A stretch of DNA of 63,755 bases, counting the filler, from Octopus bimaculoides (Eukaryota): assembly GCF_001194135.2 (NCBI RefSeq). It is 5 parts of 5 records of this genome, joined end to end, with 100 filler letters (N's around TTAATTAATTAA, not from the genome) between each part and the next. Parts side by side here need not be neighbours in the genome. Positions count along the whole stretch, not along the records: positions 1 to 30,138 come from NC_068996.1; 4 more parts are not named here. One strand, written 5' to 3'. This document shows, piece after piece, positions 13,245 to 24,043 of this stretch. Position 1 is the first letter of the stretch. Each line of letters begins with the position of its first letter. The notes under the pieces were generated by a model. It did not search any database, had not been told where the DNA came from, and worked only from the letters and a program-made list of their open reading frames with translations. The position numbers were made by a program, and so were the translations under genes.

Positions 13245-13527
13245 GTTGTGAGTGTTTATTGAGCGAAAACACCTAAAAGCTCCACGAGGCTCCAGCGGGG
13301 GATGGTGGCGAACCCTGCTGTACTCTTCCACCACAACTTTCTCTCACTCTTACTTTCTGTTTCTGTTGTGCCTGTAATTCAAAGGGTCAGCCTTGTCACA
13401 CTGTGTTAAGGATTCACGTGTCTGTGGAGTGCTCAGCCACTTGCACGTTAATTTCACGAGCAGGCTCTTCCGTTGATCAGATCAACTGTAACCCTCGACG
13501 TCGTAAGCAACGGAGTGCCAACAACAT
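13245..13527 (+). mobile_element. tRNA-head SINE family B, 3' part (head lost in the N gap)
   Basis: Highly similar to 15975-16270 (gttgtgagtgtttattgagcgaaaacaccta...gacggagtgccaacaac). Confidence 0.75.
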
Positions 13528-14266
13528 TCTCCAGTATTATAAACATATTAACTGAATAATAAAGAGATAAATCAACAAGGGATTCTTGTTGTAGACACTC
13601 AACCTATGAAAAATGGATGGCAGCTAAAGGTCCCACAAAGCACACTTTACCATTTAAAAAAATAGTGAATGGATACATAATAGTAGTTTTAGAAATTTTT
13701 TTCATTTTCTTGTTAATGATTTGGGATAGGGGAGGGGCTATGCCCATAGCCTTTGTTGGCCTTCAGAGACCAATGAGGACAATACAATTGATGTTTGTTT
13801 AAAACAGCTGCAAGACAAAACTTGTAGGAACATACATGTATCTTCATGGAGGGATATCCAGAGAGTTATGAATTCTGCGGAAAAAAGACTGGACATAGTG
13901 GTTTACACAGGATCTTGAGAAGAATTTAGAGTGACAATGAAGAGAAACAGGCAAGTATCAAGAGGTTGAATTGATACAACATGAGATCAGTCAGCTCCAA
14001 AGAGCAGAAGCCACTGACATGTTGGTAGAAAAGAGAGAGAGAGGACACAGCATATCAAAAAGCTAGAAGTTGGAACATATTGGTTACTGACTGCATGATA
14101 CTGAATTCATCACCATCATTTAACATCTGTCTTCCATGCTGGCATGGATTGGATGGTTTGAAGAGCTGCCTGGGTTTTCTTGTCTCTTTTGACATGGTTT
14201 CTATGGCTAAATATGTATGTGTGTGTGTGTGGGGGGGGGTGTATATATATATATATATATATATAT

Positions 14267-14445
14267 AGTTGAGACTTACAGAAAAACAAAAGATGAAGAC
14301 AGGTATATAAACAACAAACAGGTATATTAGTTTAATGCTCAGGAAGGTGAGAAAGTCTTTTATGTTTCGAGCCTATGCTCTTCAACAGAAAGGAACACGA
14401 GAAAATAAACAGAGAGAATAAAAAAAGTTTTTGAAGCTAGCGGTC
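14267..14445 (-). mobile_element. Short repeat resembling a Penelope-like 3' terminus, with hammerhead-like motif; related copy at ~18655-18830
   Basis: Minus strand cttt-CTGTTGAA-gagc-atag-gctc-GAAAC-ata-aaag. The second copy is degenerate. Both abut (TA)n. Confidence 0.45.
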
Positions 14446-14983
14446 AATCATAGCAAAGCCAACTACTTTACAGAGTGTAGTGGGTGCTTTTATACAGCAC
14501 CAGCATGGGTGTTTTTATGTGGCACCGGCACAAGTGCTTTTTAGGTTACCTCAAAGACAAATAACAATGTTACTGAGTTAGGTTTTCTTTTTTTGGATAG
14601 TGTAGGGTGTCTGTGTGAACAGTAACAACAGCAGTAGCATGGATGTAGGGACAGTGCTCCACTGTGGGTCTCTTTTGATGGTTAGCTATTCTTTGGGGTC
14701 CTGGGTCAACCTAATCAGAGCTGACCTGGAGTAAAGCACACCTTAATTACAAACCAGCAGAGCCTGTATATGATCAGTTAACCAGCTAGAAGCACCAGCT
14801 AAATCTCTCCAAAATCATACTGAAATCATCTCAGAAAAGGACATGCTGAATAATGTGGTCATGGCTGGAGTGATCATTTGTCTGTTCATTCAGGGTTGAG
14901 CGACAATAATAATAACACCTTAACAAGATAGTGAACTTTCTAATGTTTGTAGTTTTCTTCTAACAATAACAATCAGTAAATTT

Positions 14984-15407
14984 AGCCTTTTAGCATTTAA
15001 ACCAGGAGTCTCCAAAGTGGCTGATATCAACCCCTCGGGATTGATGGGATTATTGAAGGAGTTGATAAATGCACATCTACTTAATTTTTATTATTACTTA
15101 TTTATTTTCTTGTACATGCCTAGGGGGCAATGAGGGGTCAAGGATTCCATGAAGGGGTCAATGGTCTAAAACGTTTGGGGACCCCTGATTTAAACTGACC
15201 ACATCCAGCCTAAATATTTTATTTGGTTTATGCTCAACCTGCCCAGATCTGGCTTCTCACACCTACCCTACAATGTCATTCTAGAAATAGATAAGCATAT
15301 CACAGAAACCTCAAAACTACAAGATAATTAATTTGTGGTTAATTCAAAACAATGTGAATAGATAAGCATTATATTTAGCAGAGTACTCAGAATGCTAAAG
15401 GGTTGAA
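14984..15407. mobile_element. Abundant short DNA element with (ttaa)ccctttagc-type termini (piggyBac-like MITE), interrupted by a hAT MITE; related copies at ~10785-10930, 20675-20835 and 21503-21570
   Basis: Ends ccttttagc ... gctaaagggttgaa; shares the internal attcacattg..gaattaatcatgcatt segment with the other copies. Confidence 0.5.
15003..15187. mobile_element. hAT (Charlie-like) MITE, 185 bp
   Basis: TIRs caggagtctccaaa / tttggggacccctg; exact 8-bp TSD atttaaac at 14995-15002 and 15188-15195. Confidence 0.85.
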
Positions 15408-15903
15408 TTAATTAAATTAATAGAAGCATAGCATTTGTAAAATGAACTTATTAGCAAGTATTTTATAATGAACACACATTCTCAACCTTGCTGAAAAACA
15501 TAGATGCTATAGTTAAGACATATTTTATTGTCTCACTCTGCAACCAGAAAAAAAATAGAGAAAACCAGATTGTAGCTAACCTTGGTGCTTTCTTAACTAA
15601 TTTCAGCATTTTCAGTAATTTCATCACAAGCTGGTTACTCATTCATTTGAATTACAAACAGGATGCATATTTATAGTATATGCAGTATGACTCAGACTGA
15701 ACAAAATTGTGATCAGGAAAATGAGAAACTGACGCAGATATGACTGTAGTTTAGAAGTGTGATTCTACTATAGTCTTAGATAAACCAATGCCATATTTAT
15801 AAATAAGGTAGACAGAAACCATGTGGAAACCCCTCATGAATGAGAGAGAGAGGGAGAGAGTGTGTATGTTTGTGTGTTTTCTATGGGGTACCTGAGCAGA
15901 TGT

Positions 15904-16270
15904 GGAGGCGCAATGGCCCAGTGGTTAGGGCAGCGGACTCGCAGTCATAGGATCGCGGTTTCGATTCCCAGACCGGGCGTTGTGAGTGTTTATTGAGCGA
16001 AAACACCTAAAGCTCCACGAGGCTCCGGCAGGGGATGGTGACGAACCCTGCTGTACTCTTCCACCACAACTTTCTCTCACTCTTTCTACCTGTTTCTGTT
16101 GTGCCTGTAATTCAAAGGGTCAACCTTGTCACACTGTGTCACGCTGAATATCCCCGAGAACTACGTTAAGGGTACACGTGTCTGTGGAGTGCTCAGCCAC
16201 TTGCATGTTAATTTCACGAGCAGGCTGTTCCGTTGATCGTAAGCGACGGAGTGCCAACAACAACGACAAC
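15904..16270 (+). mobile_element. tRNA-head SINE family B, full-length copy
   Basis: ggaggcgcaatggcccagtggttagggc (A box) ... ggtttcgattccc (B box); (CAA)n tail; TSD-like cctgagcagat (15891-15901) / cctgggcagat (16270-16280). Confidence 0.85.
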
Positions 16271-17097
16271 CTGGGCAGATACTTGCATCCTGCATCCTGC
16301 ATCCTTCACATGACTAAATGCTGTGGTACAAGCAGTGGAGTTTGTTGTCATTTCCCTATCAACAAATAATATGTTAAGCCATGTGGGATAAGAGATTCCT
16401 CGCTTTAAAAAACTGATGAAGATTAGGAACAGGAAAGATATCTGGTTGTAAATCAGTCCCTCAATAATATATATTCATCTAACCCATTCTAACACAGAAA
16501 TAAAAGAAAATAAACGGTTGTAAAACAAACAAATGAACGATAACTAACAAGGCAGTAAAAATTACTGAAACTACTTGGGCTTATCTCCCTTTCTTTCTTC
16601 TCGCAAATATGTAAAAATACTTTTCACGCTAAAGCTGAAAATGTATGTTTAGTAAGAATACATATCTTTAAATTAATCATACTTCTTTATTGATTGTCGT
16701 GAATTTGCATAAAGGAACATCTACGTGGCTGCTAAATATGTTAGAAATAGCAGACATCTTCCCTTATATCATCGGATGATGTAGCTTACAAGGTGCACAC
16801 TACTTAGAAAAACAGATAGGGTTTTGATAATCATGACTAGATTGCCTTAGATTATAGGATTGCTAAATCAGGGCCAATTTAAAGCCCAGCAACAACAACA
16901 ACAACAACAACAAACACCGCCAGAATAACCAAAGTTGAATCATAAACGTATAACAAACACTGCTATAGAGCTAGATGGAGTTATCTCCTCTCTTATATTT
17001 GCTGGTGAATTAATTTTTATTTTGAAAATTTATATTTCTATATTTTATTATTTTATAGATTATTTACATTAACTCTCAAAAATAAATACGATACATA

Positions 17098-17264
17098 GGT
17101 GCAGAAGTGGTTGTGTGGTATGTGGCTTGCTTACCAACCACATGGTCCCAGGTTCAGTCCTACTGCGTGGCACCTTGGGCAAGTGTCTTCTACTGTAGCC
17201 TTGGGCCAACCAAAGCTTTGTGAGTGCATTTGGTAGACGGAAACTGAAAGAAGACCATCGTGTG

Positions 17265-17303
<39 letters not shown>

Positions 17304-17528
17304 CTGTCTGTGTGTGTGCATGTATATGTTTGTGTGTCTGTATTTGTTCCCCACCATCGCTTGACAACTGATATTGGTATGTTTATGTCCCCGTAACTTA
17401 GCAGTTCAGCAAAAGAACCGATAGAATGAGTACTAGGCTTACAAAGAATAAGTCCTGGGGTCGATTTGTTCAACTAAAGGCAATGCTGCAGCATGGCCAC
17501 AATCAAATGACTGAAACAAGTAAAAGAA
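17098..17528 (+). mobile_element. tRNA-head SINE family A, full-length
   Basis: ggtgcagaagtggttgtgtggta ... ggttcagtcc head, internal (TA)n(TG)n, 3' gctgcagcatggccacaatcaaatgactgaaacaagtaaaag. Confidence 0.85.
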
Positions 17529-18250
17529 TATACCCTTTGAACCAGTAATATATACACAGAGAGAGAAAAAAACTCTAGACATAGAAGTAAATCTTAGAAT
17601 CAAGGGGCTTTGAAGTAAACTTACACATGAGAGGACAACAAAACAAGATAGAATATACCAGAAATGGGACCTCATACCAGAGTGAAACAGAGCAAATACA
17701 TTCAATAAACTATGTATGTGTTACAGATCTCTGCTAAAAAAAAGATATTTAACAAGACCTGCTCAGCCAGATTAAATTTAAATCAGACTTTTTGCCAATA
17801 AAAAGGAATCAAGTATTTACAAATAAAATATATGAGCTTCAGAAACTGGAAATATTCCACCAACACCCAGATAGGAATATTGGAATCAACAAAGGATTAT
17901 TTGTCAAAGGACTTGGAGTCTACATGAAATAAGTGGAAATGTCTTAATTAATGCTTGTGTCACATCTGACCAAACCAAAGACAGCAAAGTGAAATGGATC
18001 AGGGACATTGTGTTGAATCCCCTTTCTGTGGCTGTGGAAGAGTCCAAAACAAGAATTACTAGTTAGTTTCCCTATTATTGGATTCAAGCGATTGGAATAT
18101 TTGAGAAATGGTATAAAAAATGTGCAAGGATTGTGTAAAAAAATCGAAAAGATTATATACAGACACTAATTAAAAATAACAATTAAATGAAGTAAAAAGA
18201 GTGTAACTAATTTGGACTCATATAAAATGAAACAAGATACACACACATAT

Positions 18251-18650
18251 ACTCTTTTACTCTTTTACTTGTTTCAGTCTTTTGACTGTGGTCATGCTGG
18301 AGCACCGCCTTTAGTCGAGCAAATCGACCCCAGGACTTATTCTTTAGAAGCCTAGTACTTATTCTATCGGTCTCTTTTGCCGAACCGCTAAGTTACGGGG
18401 ACATAAACACACCAGCATCGGTTGTCAAGCGATGTTGGGCGGACAAACACAGACACCCAAACACATACATATATATATACATATATACAACGGGCTTCTT
18501 TCAGTTTCCGTCTACCAAATCCACTCACAAGGCTTTGGTCGGCCCGAGGCTATAGTAGAAGACACTTGCCCAAGATGCCACGCAGTGGGACTGAACCCGA
18601 GACCATGTGGTTGGTAAGCAAGCTACTTACCACACAGCCACTCCTACGCC
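18251..18650 (-). mobile_element. tRNA-head SINE family A, full-length, inverted relative to the 17098 copy
   Basis: Reverse complement of the family-A pattern, ggcgtaggagtggctgtgtggtaagtagc ... gactgaaacaagtaaaagagtaaaagag. Confidence 0.85.
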
Positions 18651-18899
18651 TATATATACAGTTCAAATTTACAGTAAACAAAAGATGAAGAAAGGTGAGG
18701 AACAACAAGCATTGGTTTAATGCTTTGGAAGAATGGAAAAGTTCTTGATGTTATGAGCCTATGTTCTTCAACAGAAGGGGTTGAGGAGAAAAATGGAGAG
18801 AGAATGAAAAAAAAACAGAGAAAAAATGTGTAGGGTTTAATGATTCAACATGATGAAATGACTGGGAGATAACAGTGACCAAACTGAACTAGGATGTAC

Positions 18900-19395
18900 A
18901 AGCACGTGTGTGTGTCGAAGAATAGAGTGTGTGAGTGTATGTGTGAATGGGGGCAAGTGCATGTAAATGTATGTGAACAGAGCTTAAAATTATGTGAGCC
19001 CATGTGAGTGTATGTGTATAAGTAAACTAGTGTGTGCATTGTGTGGAGTGATGTGCATTTCATGAATTTGTGTGTGTGTGCATATGGACGAGTGTATATG
19101 TGTTTGAGGCTATCGTGTGTGTGTGTGTGTGTGTGTGTGTGCAAACGTTTGTGCGTAGCAGTTAATATGTGCTTATTTGAGTGGTGTGTGCACGTGTGCG
19201 TAGATCATATAGGGTGTGTGTATTGTGTATATTTATGTACAATAGTTGTATGTGTTTATGTATGTTGTGTGTATATATTGTCTGTGTTCAGGCATGTTGT
19301 GTGCATGTACATTGTGTGTGTTTTTAGGAGTGAATACTGTGTTGTGGAGGAATGTATGGAGGTGTGAAGTGGAGAGAGAGAGAGAGAGGGAGAGC

Positions 19396-19427
<32 letters not shown>

Positions 19428-19500
19428 GAGAGCAGATTTTCTTTTGAACATTTCATTGAATATAAGGTGAATGTGTGTGTGGGTGTGTGTGTGTAACTCT
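18900..19500. repeat. Long degenerate (TG)-rich tract with (GA)n block
   Basis: Compound imperfect gtgtgt/atgtgt runs over ~600 bp; gagaga run at ~19370-19432. Confidence 0.85.
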
Positions 19501-19552
19501 AAAGTATCAAGCTCCTAATCACATACAAAAGACAATAAATAAGTAAACTAAC

Positions 19553-19616
19553 CTTTGAGGAATTCTGTCATAATCAGCTCCAAACAACAGAAAATGTTAC
19601 TATCTGACGAGCATTT
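19553..19616 (-). CDS. NOC4L: NOC4L homolog, exon B
   Basis: caaatcttacag|AAA TGC ... AAA G|gttagt; 64 nt, only phase 0 is open; ends phase 1 and joins exon C as G+CT. KCSSDSNIFCCLELIMTEFLK sits where NOC4 has ...NN.F.LL..V. Confidence 0.7.
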
Positions 19617-20349
19617 CTGTAAGATTTGAAAAATTATAAATACAATATTTCAAATAAATTCATATTTTGAGCAAATAGTTTAAAATACATAAGTCATTAT
19701 TATCTCAAAATTAATTTATTCAATCAAATCATATGAAAATAAATCATGTTGAGATTATTATTAAAATTCATTTCAAAAAGGAAAATATTCAGAAAAATTA
19801 TTTCAAAATGTTCTGAAATTAAAAATATATTAACTATACAATAGCACAGAATTTTGTTAATATACAATAAAATATATTAAAAGTATACAAATAGGTATAA
19901 ACACACTGAGTCAATTTGCAGTGCCTCCTAGATAGACTGGAGAATATGAGCATTCCAGAGTGGTTATCTCCCCTTCAGCAACAGAGACCCAAAAGGCAGA
20001 AGCTGCAAACTGACAAGAGAAACAGATTACTCTTATTACATTCCCATCATTGTACAATGACTGGATACACTAGCCGGTGGCTCACCATAAATAAGATACC
20101 GGGTGACAGTGCTAAGCAGTGATGTGAATAAATACAGACTTGCAACCATTTCAAATATGTTCGTGGCATATTCAAACCCATAAGAAAACCATTTGCTGTA
20201 TTTTGTCATGGAGAACCCATTCATTGTTACAATAACAGGAATATAATTAGAGGGACATATCACTTTTGTGAATTTTAAGTGTCTGCCTTTCCAGTTTATG
20301 TTGCTGGAGGGAAGATAACCACATAAACTGCCATGACAATTTCACACAC

Positions 20350-20640
20350 ACACATGATTGTGTAGTAAGAAATATGCTTCCAAACCACATAGGTTCAGGG
20401 TTCAGCCCCACTATGTGGAACCTTGGGCAAATGCTTTCTACAATAGCCTCAGTTTAATCAGAGGGAATTTTATAGACAAAAACTGAAAGAAGCTGGTTGC
20501 ATGTGTGTGTGTGTCTTTAGGTCTGTGTTTGTCCCCACCACTGCTTGACAACTGGTGTTAGTGTGCTTATGTTCCCATAACTTAGCAGTTCAGACTAAAA
20601 GACTGATAGAATAAGTACCAGGCTTGATTCATTCGATTAA
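20350..20640 (+). mobile_element. tRNA-head SINE family A, decayed copy
   Basis: Same head, central and 3' segments as the 17098 copy. Confidence 0.6.
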
Positions 20641-20835
20641 AAATTAAAGATAAAAAACCATATTAATACACTTTTCTAACCCTTTAGCAACCAGATTATT
20701 CTGTCAAATGTTATTCTTATTTATTCACATTGCTTTGAATCAATCATGCATTATCTCAGAGCTTTGAGATTTTGATGATGTGGTTGTTTATTTTTAAAAT
20801 GACAATGTAGGGTAAGACAGGTCAGAAACAGGTAG

Positions 20836-21502
20836 GGATCTTTCTGATTTGGCAGACACCATTTTTTATTTAGTTTTTATTTAGTGTGTTTTCAACTGAA
20901 ACACTTTCAAACTTCGTATACTTGTATATTTTGTCTTATAGAACAGAGAAAAATTTTTATATTTGAAGTTATTTCATGTTAAAAATTGCCGTATTTCGGT
21001 AATTTCAACCGATCACTGACGTCTATTTAGCTGAATAGTTACTGCTGTTCTTTGTCAACAATAATTTCTGGTGGTGTATATATCGTTAGTCCCTGGTAAT
21101 CCTTTTGAATTAAGCAACAACCCTAACCCTAACTCTAAAACCCGAACCCTAACCCTAAAACCAGTACAAACACATGAACGATGTCATAAATAACAGTACC
21201 GCTGATAGTTGTTGTTGACAAACAACGGCAGTAATTTTATTCAAGGGAAAAGATCCCATTACACTGCCAGAACGTGTTGTTGACAAACCACAGCAGTAAT
21301 TGTTTTCACCTCAATAGACGTCAGTGATTGGTTGAAATTACCGAAATACGACAACTTTTAACATGAAATAACTTGCAATATAGAAACCTTTCTTAACAAG
21401 GCTAAGAGAAAAAGATGTTTTATATGACATATTCTACCAGTATCCCAAGTTTGAAAGTGTTTTGTTAGAAAACAAATGGTGTCCGCCAAATCAGAAAGAT
21501 CC
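20836..21502. mobile_element. Foldback MITE with GGATC termini and 8-bp TSD (Merlin-like), copy 1
   Basis: ggatctttctgatttggcagacaccatt / aatggtgtccgccaaatcagaaagatcc; exact TSD acaggtag (20828-20835, 21503-21510); long inner inverted arms; (CCCTAA)-like array at 21119-21162. Confidence 0.85.
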
Positions 21503-21781
21503 ACAGGTAGAATATTGGGGCTGGATCTAGCCAGTTTGACGATAAAACAGCCAGAACATTTTTGCCAGATACAGCAATTGACTGAAAGGTAGTGCTCCAG
21601 CATGGCTTCACCCTAACAACTAAAATTTGTAATAAAAAAAATTAAAGAATTAAAAAGGTTAAGAGAGTCAGTTTTATTTCCCATGAAAAGAAAATCAAAA
21701 ATTCCATAGAGAAATATTCTTTTGATAAGTATGCATCACAACTATTATAAATGTTCTATATGTCATGGAAATGGGACAAAC

Positions 21782-21922
21782 CTCTTGATTCTTTGAAGTT
21801 AAAATATTTGCAATATGACGAAGAAAATTGAGTCTGACATTTTCATTTTCAAAACTAGAAGATTCTGATTTTAGCAACTCCTGAATATTTTCATCTGTAT
21901 TTAGAATTATAGGTGTAATTTT
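21782..21922 (-). CDS. NOC4L: NOC4L homolog, exon A (most 5' exon I can support)
   Basis: Poly-T tract, ccag|AAA ATT ACA ... CAA GAG|gtttgt; 141 nt, phase 0 to 0. KITPIILNTDENIQELLKSESSSFENENVRLNFLRHIANILTSKNQE aligns positionally with NOC4 K.V...LLS.EED...LL..F.EYL.Y.D.RY. Confidence 0.75.
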
Positions 21923-22553
21923 CTGGAAAAAAAAAAAAGATAAATGAATGAATAAATAAAAAATGAATTCAAAATGTAAGTAACTTGAAATAATGAATAA
22001 TCAACCAATATTTAGTTAAATGCAATATATCAAAAATTATTTTCTACTATAAGTACAAAGCCTAAAAATTTGGGGAAGGGGGTACTCAATTTCATCAACC
22101 ACACAGTACTTGACAGGAACTTAATTTATCAATGATCCCAAAAGGATGACAGGCAAAGATGTCTCCCAGTATAATTTTAACTTAGAAATTAAACCTAGAA
22201 GAAATGTTTTTTGTCCGGTGTATTCACAAATAGTGGTCTTTTATTTTTATTTTTTTATTTTTAGAATAGCAAAAAAACAAAATTTAAAATCAAGTAAAAA
22301 TACATCATTCATTTACTTTATATATATGTATATACAGTCAACAGATAAGATCCAGAGATTGTCAGTATAGAAAACACTTAAATGATTTAAAATTTAGACT
22401 CCGAGTCTTTAGGAGAAACCAATTCTGCAAGATAAAGATTGGCTTTAAGAGGAATCAAGTTGAGCAGATATGGAGGAAATTATGCAGATAAGCAAATTAA
22501 ATATAACTGCTTGGGTTTGATATACTATATACATACATACATACGTGTGTATG

Positions 22554-22635
<82 letters not shown>

Positions 22636-24043
22636 AAACAGAAAGACAACAAAGACTGAAGATTTTCAGACAATGAATGTTTAAGTATAAATATACAGAT
22701 ATTTATATATTAATAGATCAAACTTACACAGAATATAAAATGACAGAGAAAATCAAAAGGGAAGAAGTAAGGTGTCATAAGTCCAACAGCTGTTTCTGAG
22801 GGCTCAGAGTTCTATCATACCGATGGTAGATGTAGTTCACCAAAATATGCGGGCAGTAATGGAAGCAAATACACATTGGATAAATCGAGCCTCTATCAAC
22901 AGGGTAGAAAACATTTTACATTTCAGATCATGATGCAGAGAATAGGTTGAGATTAGGATAAACCCAGTTTGTGGCACTCCAAGAAAGTGTTTACTAGCAT
23001 AGTCACAGACTGACTGATGCCATACAAGAAGAATTTGGAGATGGAAACAGTATGGAAGTCACACACACATAAATATTATCTTGCTCACAAACAGATAAGG
23101 GTTGGCAACAGGAAAGGAATCCAGCTACAGAAAGTCTGCCTTGACAAATTATGTTTGACACATGCAAGCGTGAAAAAGTGCATGTTAAAATGTAATTATG
23201 TATGTGTGTAAACTCTTTCTTATCTTCCAACTTCCTCTCTCCTCATCTTTTGTCTTCATCTCCCTACTGATTTTACCTACTTCTCATTCCATTTTTCTTT
23301 CTTATACTTTTTATCCTACCACTTCCTGTTCACAGGTGAAGCTCACTTGGTCCTGCATTCCTTATCAGATGCAGCCAGTTTTTTTTTTAACAGACGGGAT
23401 GTAAAACTCTGTTGTGTCCCATTAATTTCTCTCCTGTAAACTTTTCCTTTGAAAGACACCGTACAAAACATTAGATTTTCCACTCCTCACAAGTTCCCTG
23501 TAATCTTTTTGATTAATTTTAATGTGTAATATAAATCTTGCTGATGCAGACCAATACCAACCCCTTTGAAGTCTATATGATCATATACTAGTAACCCTTA
23601 TAGGCTAAGGGTTTTTATTTTTTTATCCCACTTGAAATAGAATCAAACGTTTGGGTAGAACAGGAATACTATGAAAAGAGGTACTCTTGTGGGTTTCGAT
23701 TCTACCAGGCAGCTGGTAGAATTGTAAATATGTCAGAAAAATACCAGAGGGCATTTTTCTATCAATTTTACATTTTGAGTTCAAATCTCACCAAGGTCAA
23801 GCTTCTTTTCATCCGTTTAGGGTTGATAAAATAAAATAGCACCCAAGTACTAGCATCAAAGCATCAACTAATGTCCTCTCGTTTCAAAATGCCTTGAAAC
23901 CATTATACTTATCAATGTCCCGTTGCCATATAGACTAATTAAAAATTGAGGGGAAAGACTACCTGTCATGGGGAACTTGATAATTTTAACTACATATCTG
24001 TCGTGAGTGTAGGACAAAAGCCCCATCGTTAAAGTGTGAAAGT

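Noticed and set aside
15904-15975. tRNA-like sequence (also at ~982-1051 and the family-A heads)
   Set aside because: A and B boxes continue into a SINE body and tail; no complete cloverleaf with acceptor stem, so not a tRNA gene.
18845-19470. Numerous ORF-track entries rich in HT, CV, YI, ER, SL or poly-I/poly-X throughout the window
   Set aside because: Translations of microsatellites or N gaps; not coding.
19890-20263. ORF 20036-20263 (KYSKWF...YLIY|gtgagc) and a following acceptor at ~20005 as extra NOC4L exons or a nested gene
   Set aside because: The NOC4L A-B junction is already phase-compatible without them; inclusion breaks the frame or hits a stop; no recognisable homology.
21119-21162. 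CCCTAA repeats as a telomere or chromosome-fusion relic
   Set aside because: Short, degenerate and always internal to the same MITE family.
23345-23545. Candidate upstream NOC4L exons ending at gtgagg (~23490) and gtgagc (~23346)
   Set aside because: Weak acceptors and only suggestive peptide similarity; could not build a consistent phase chain to exon A.
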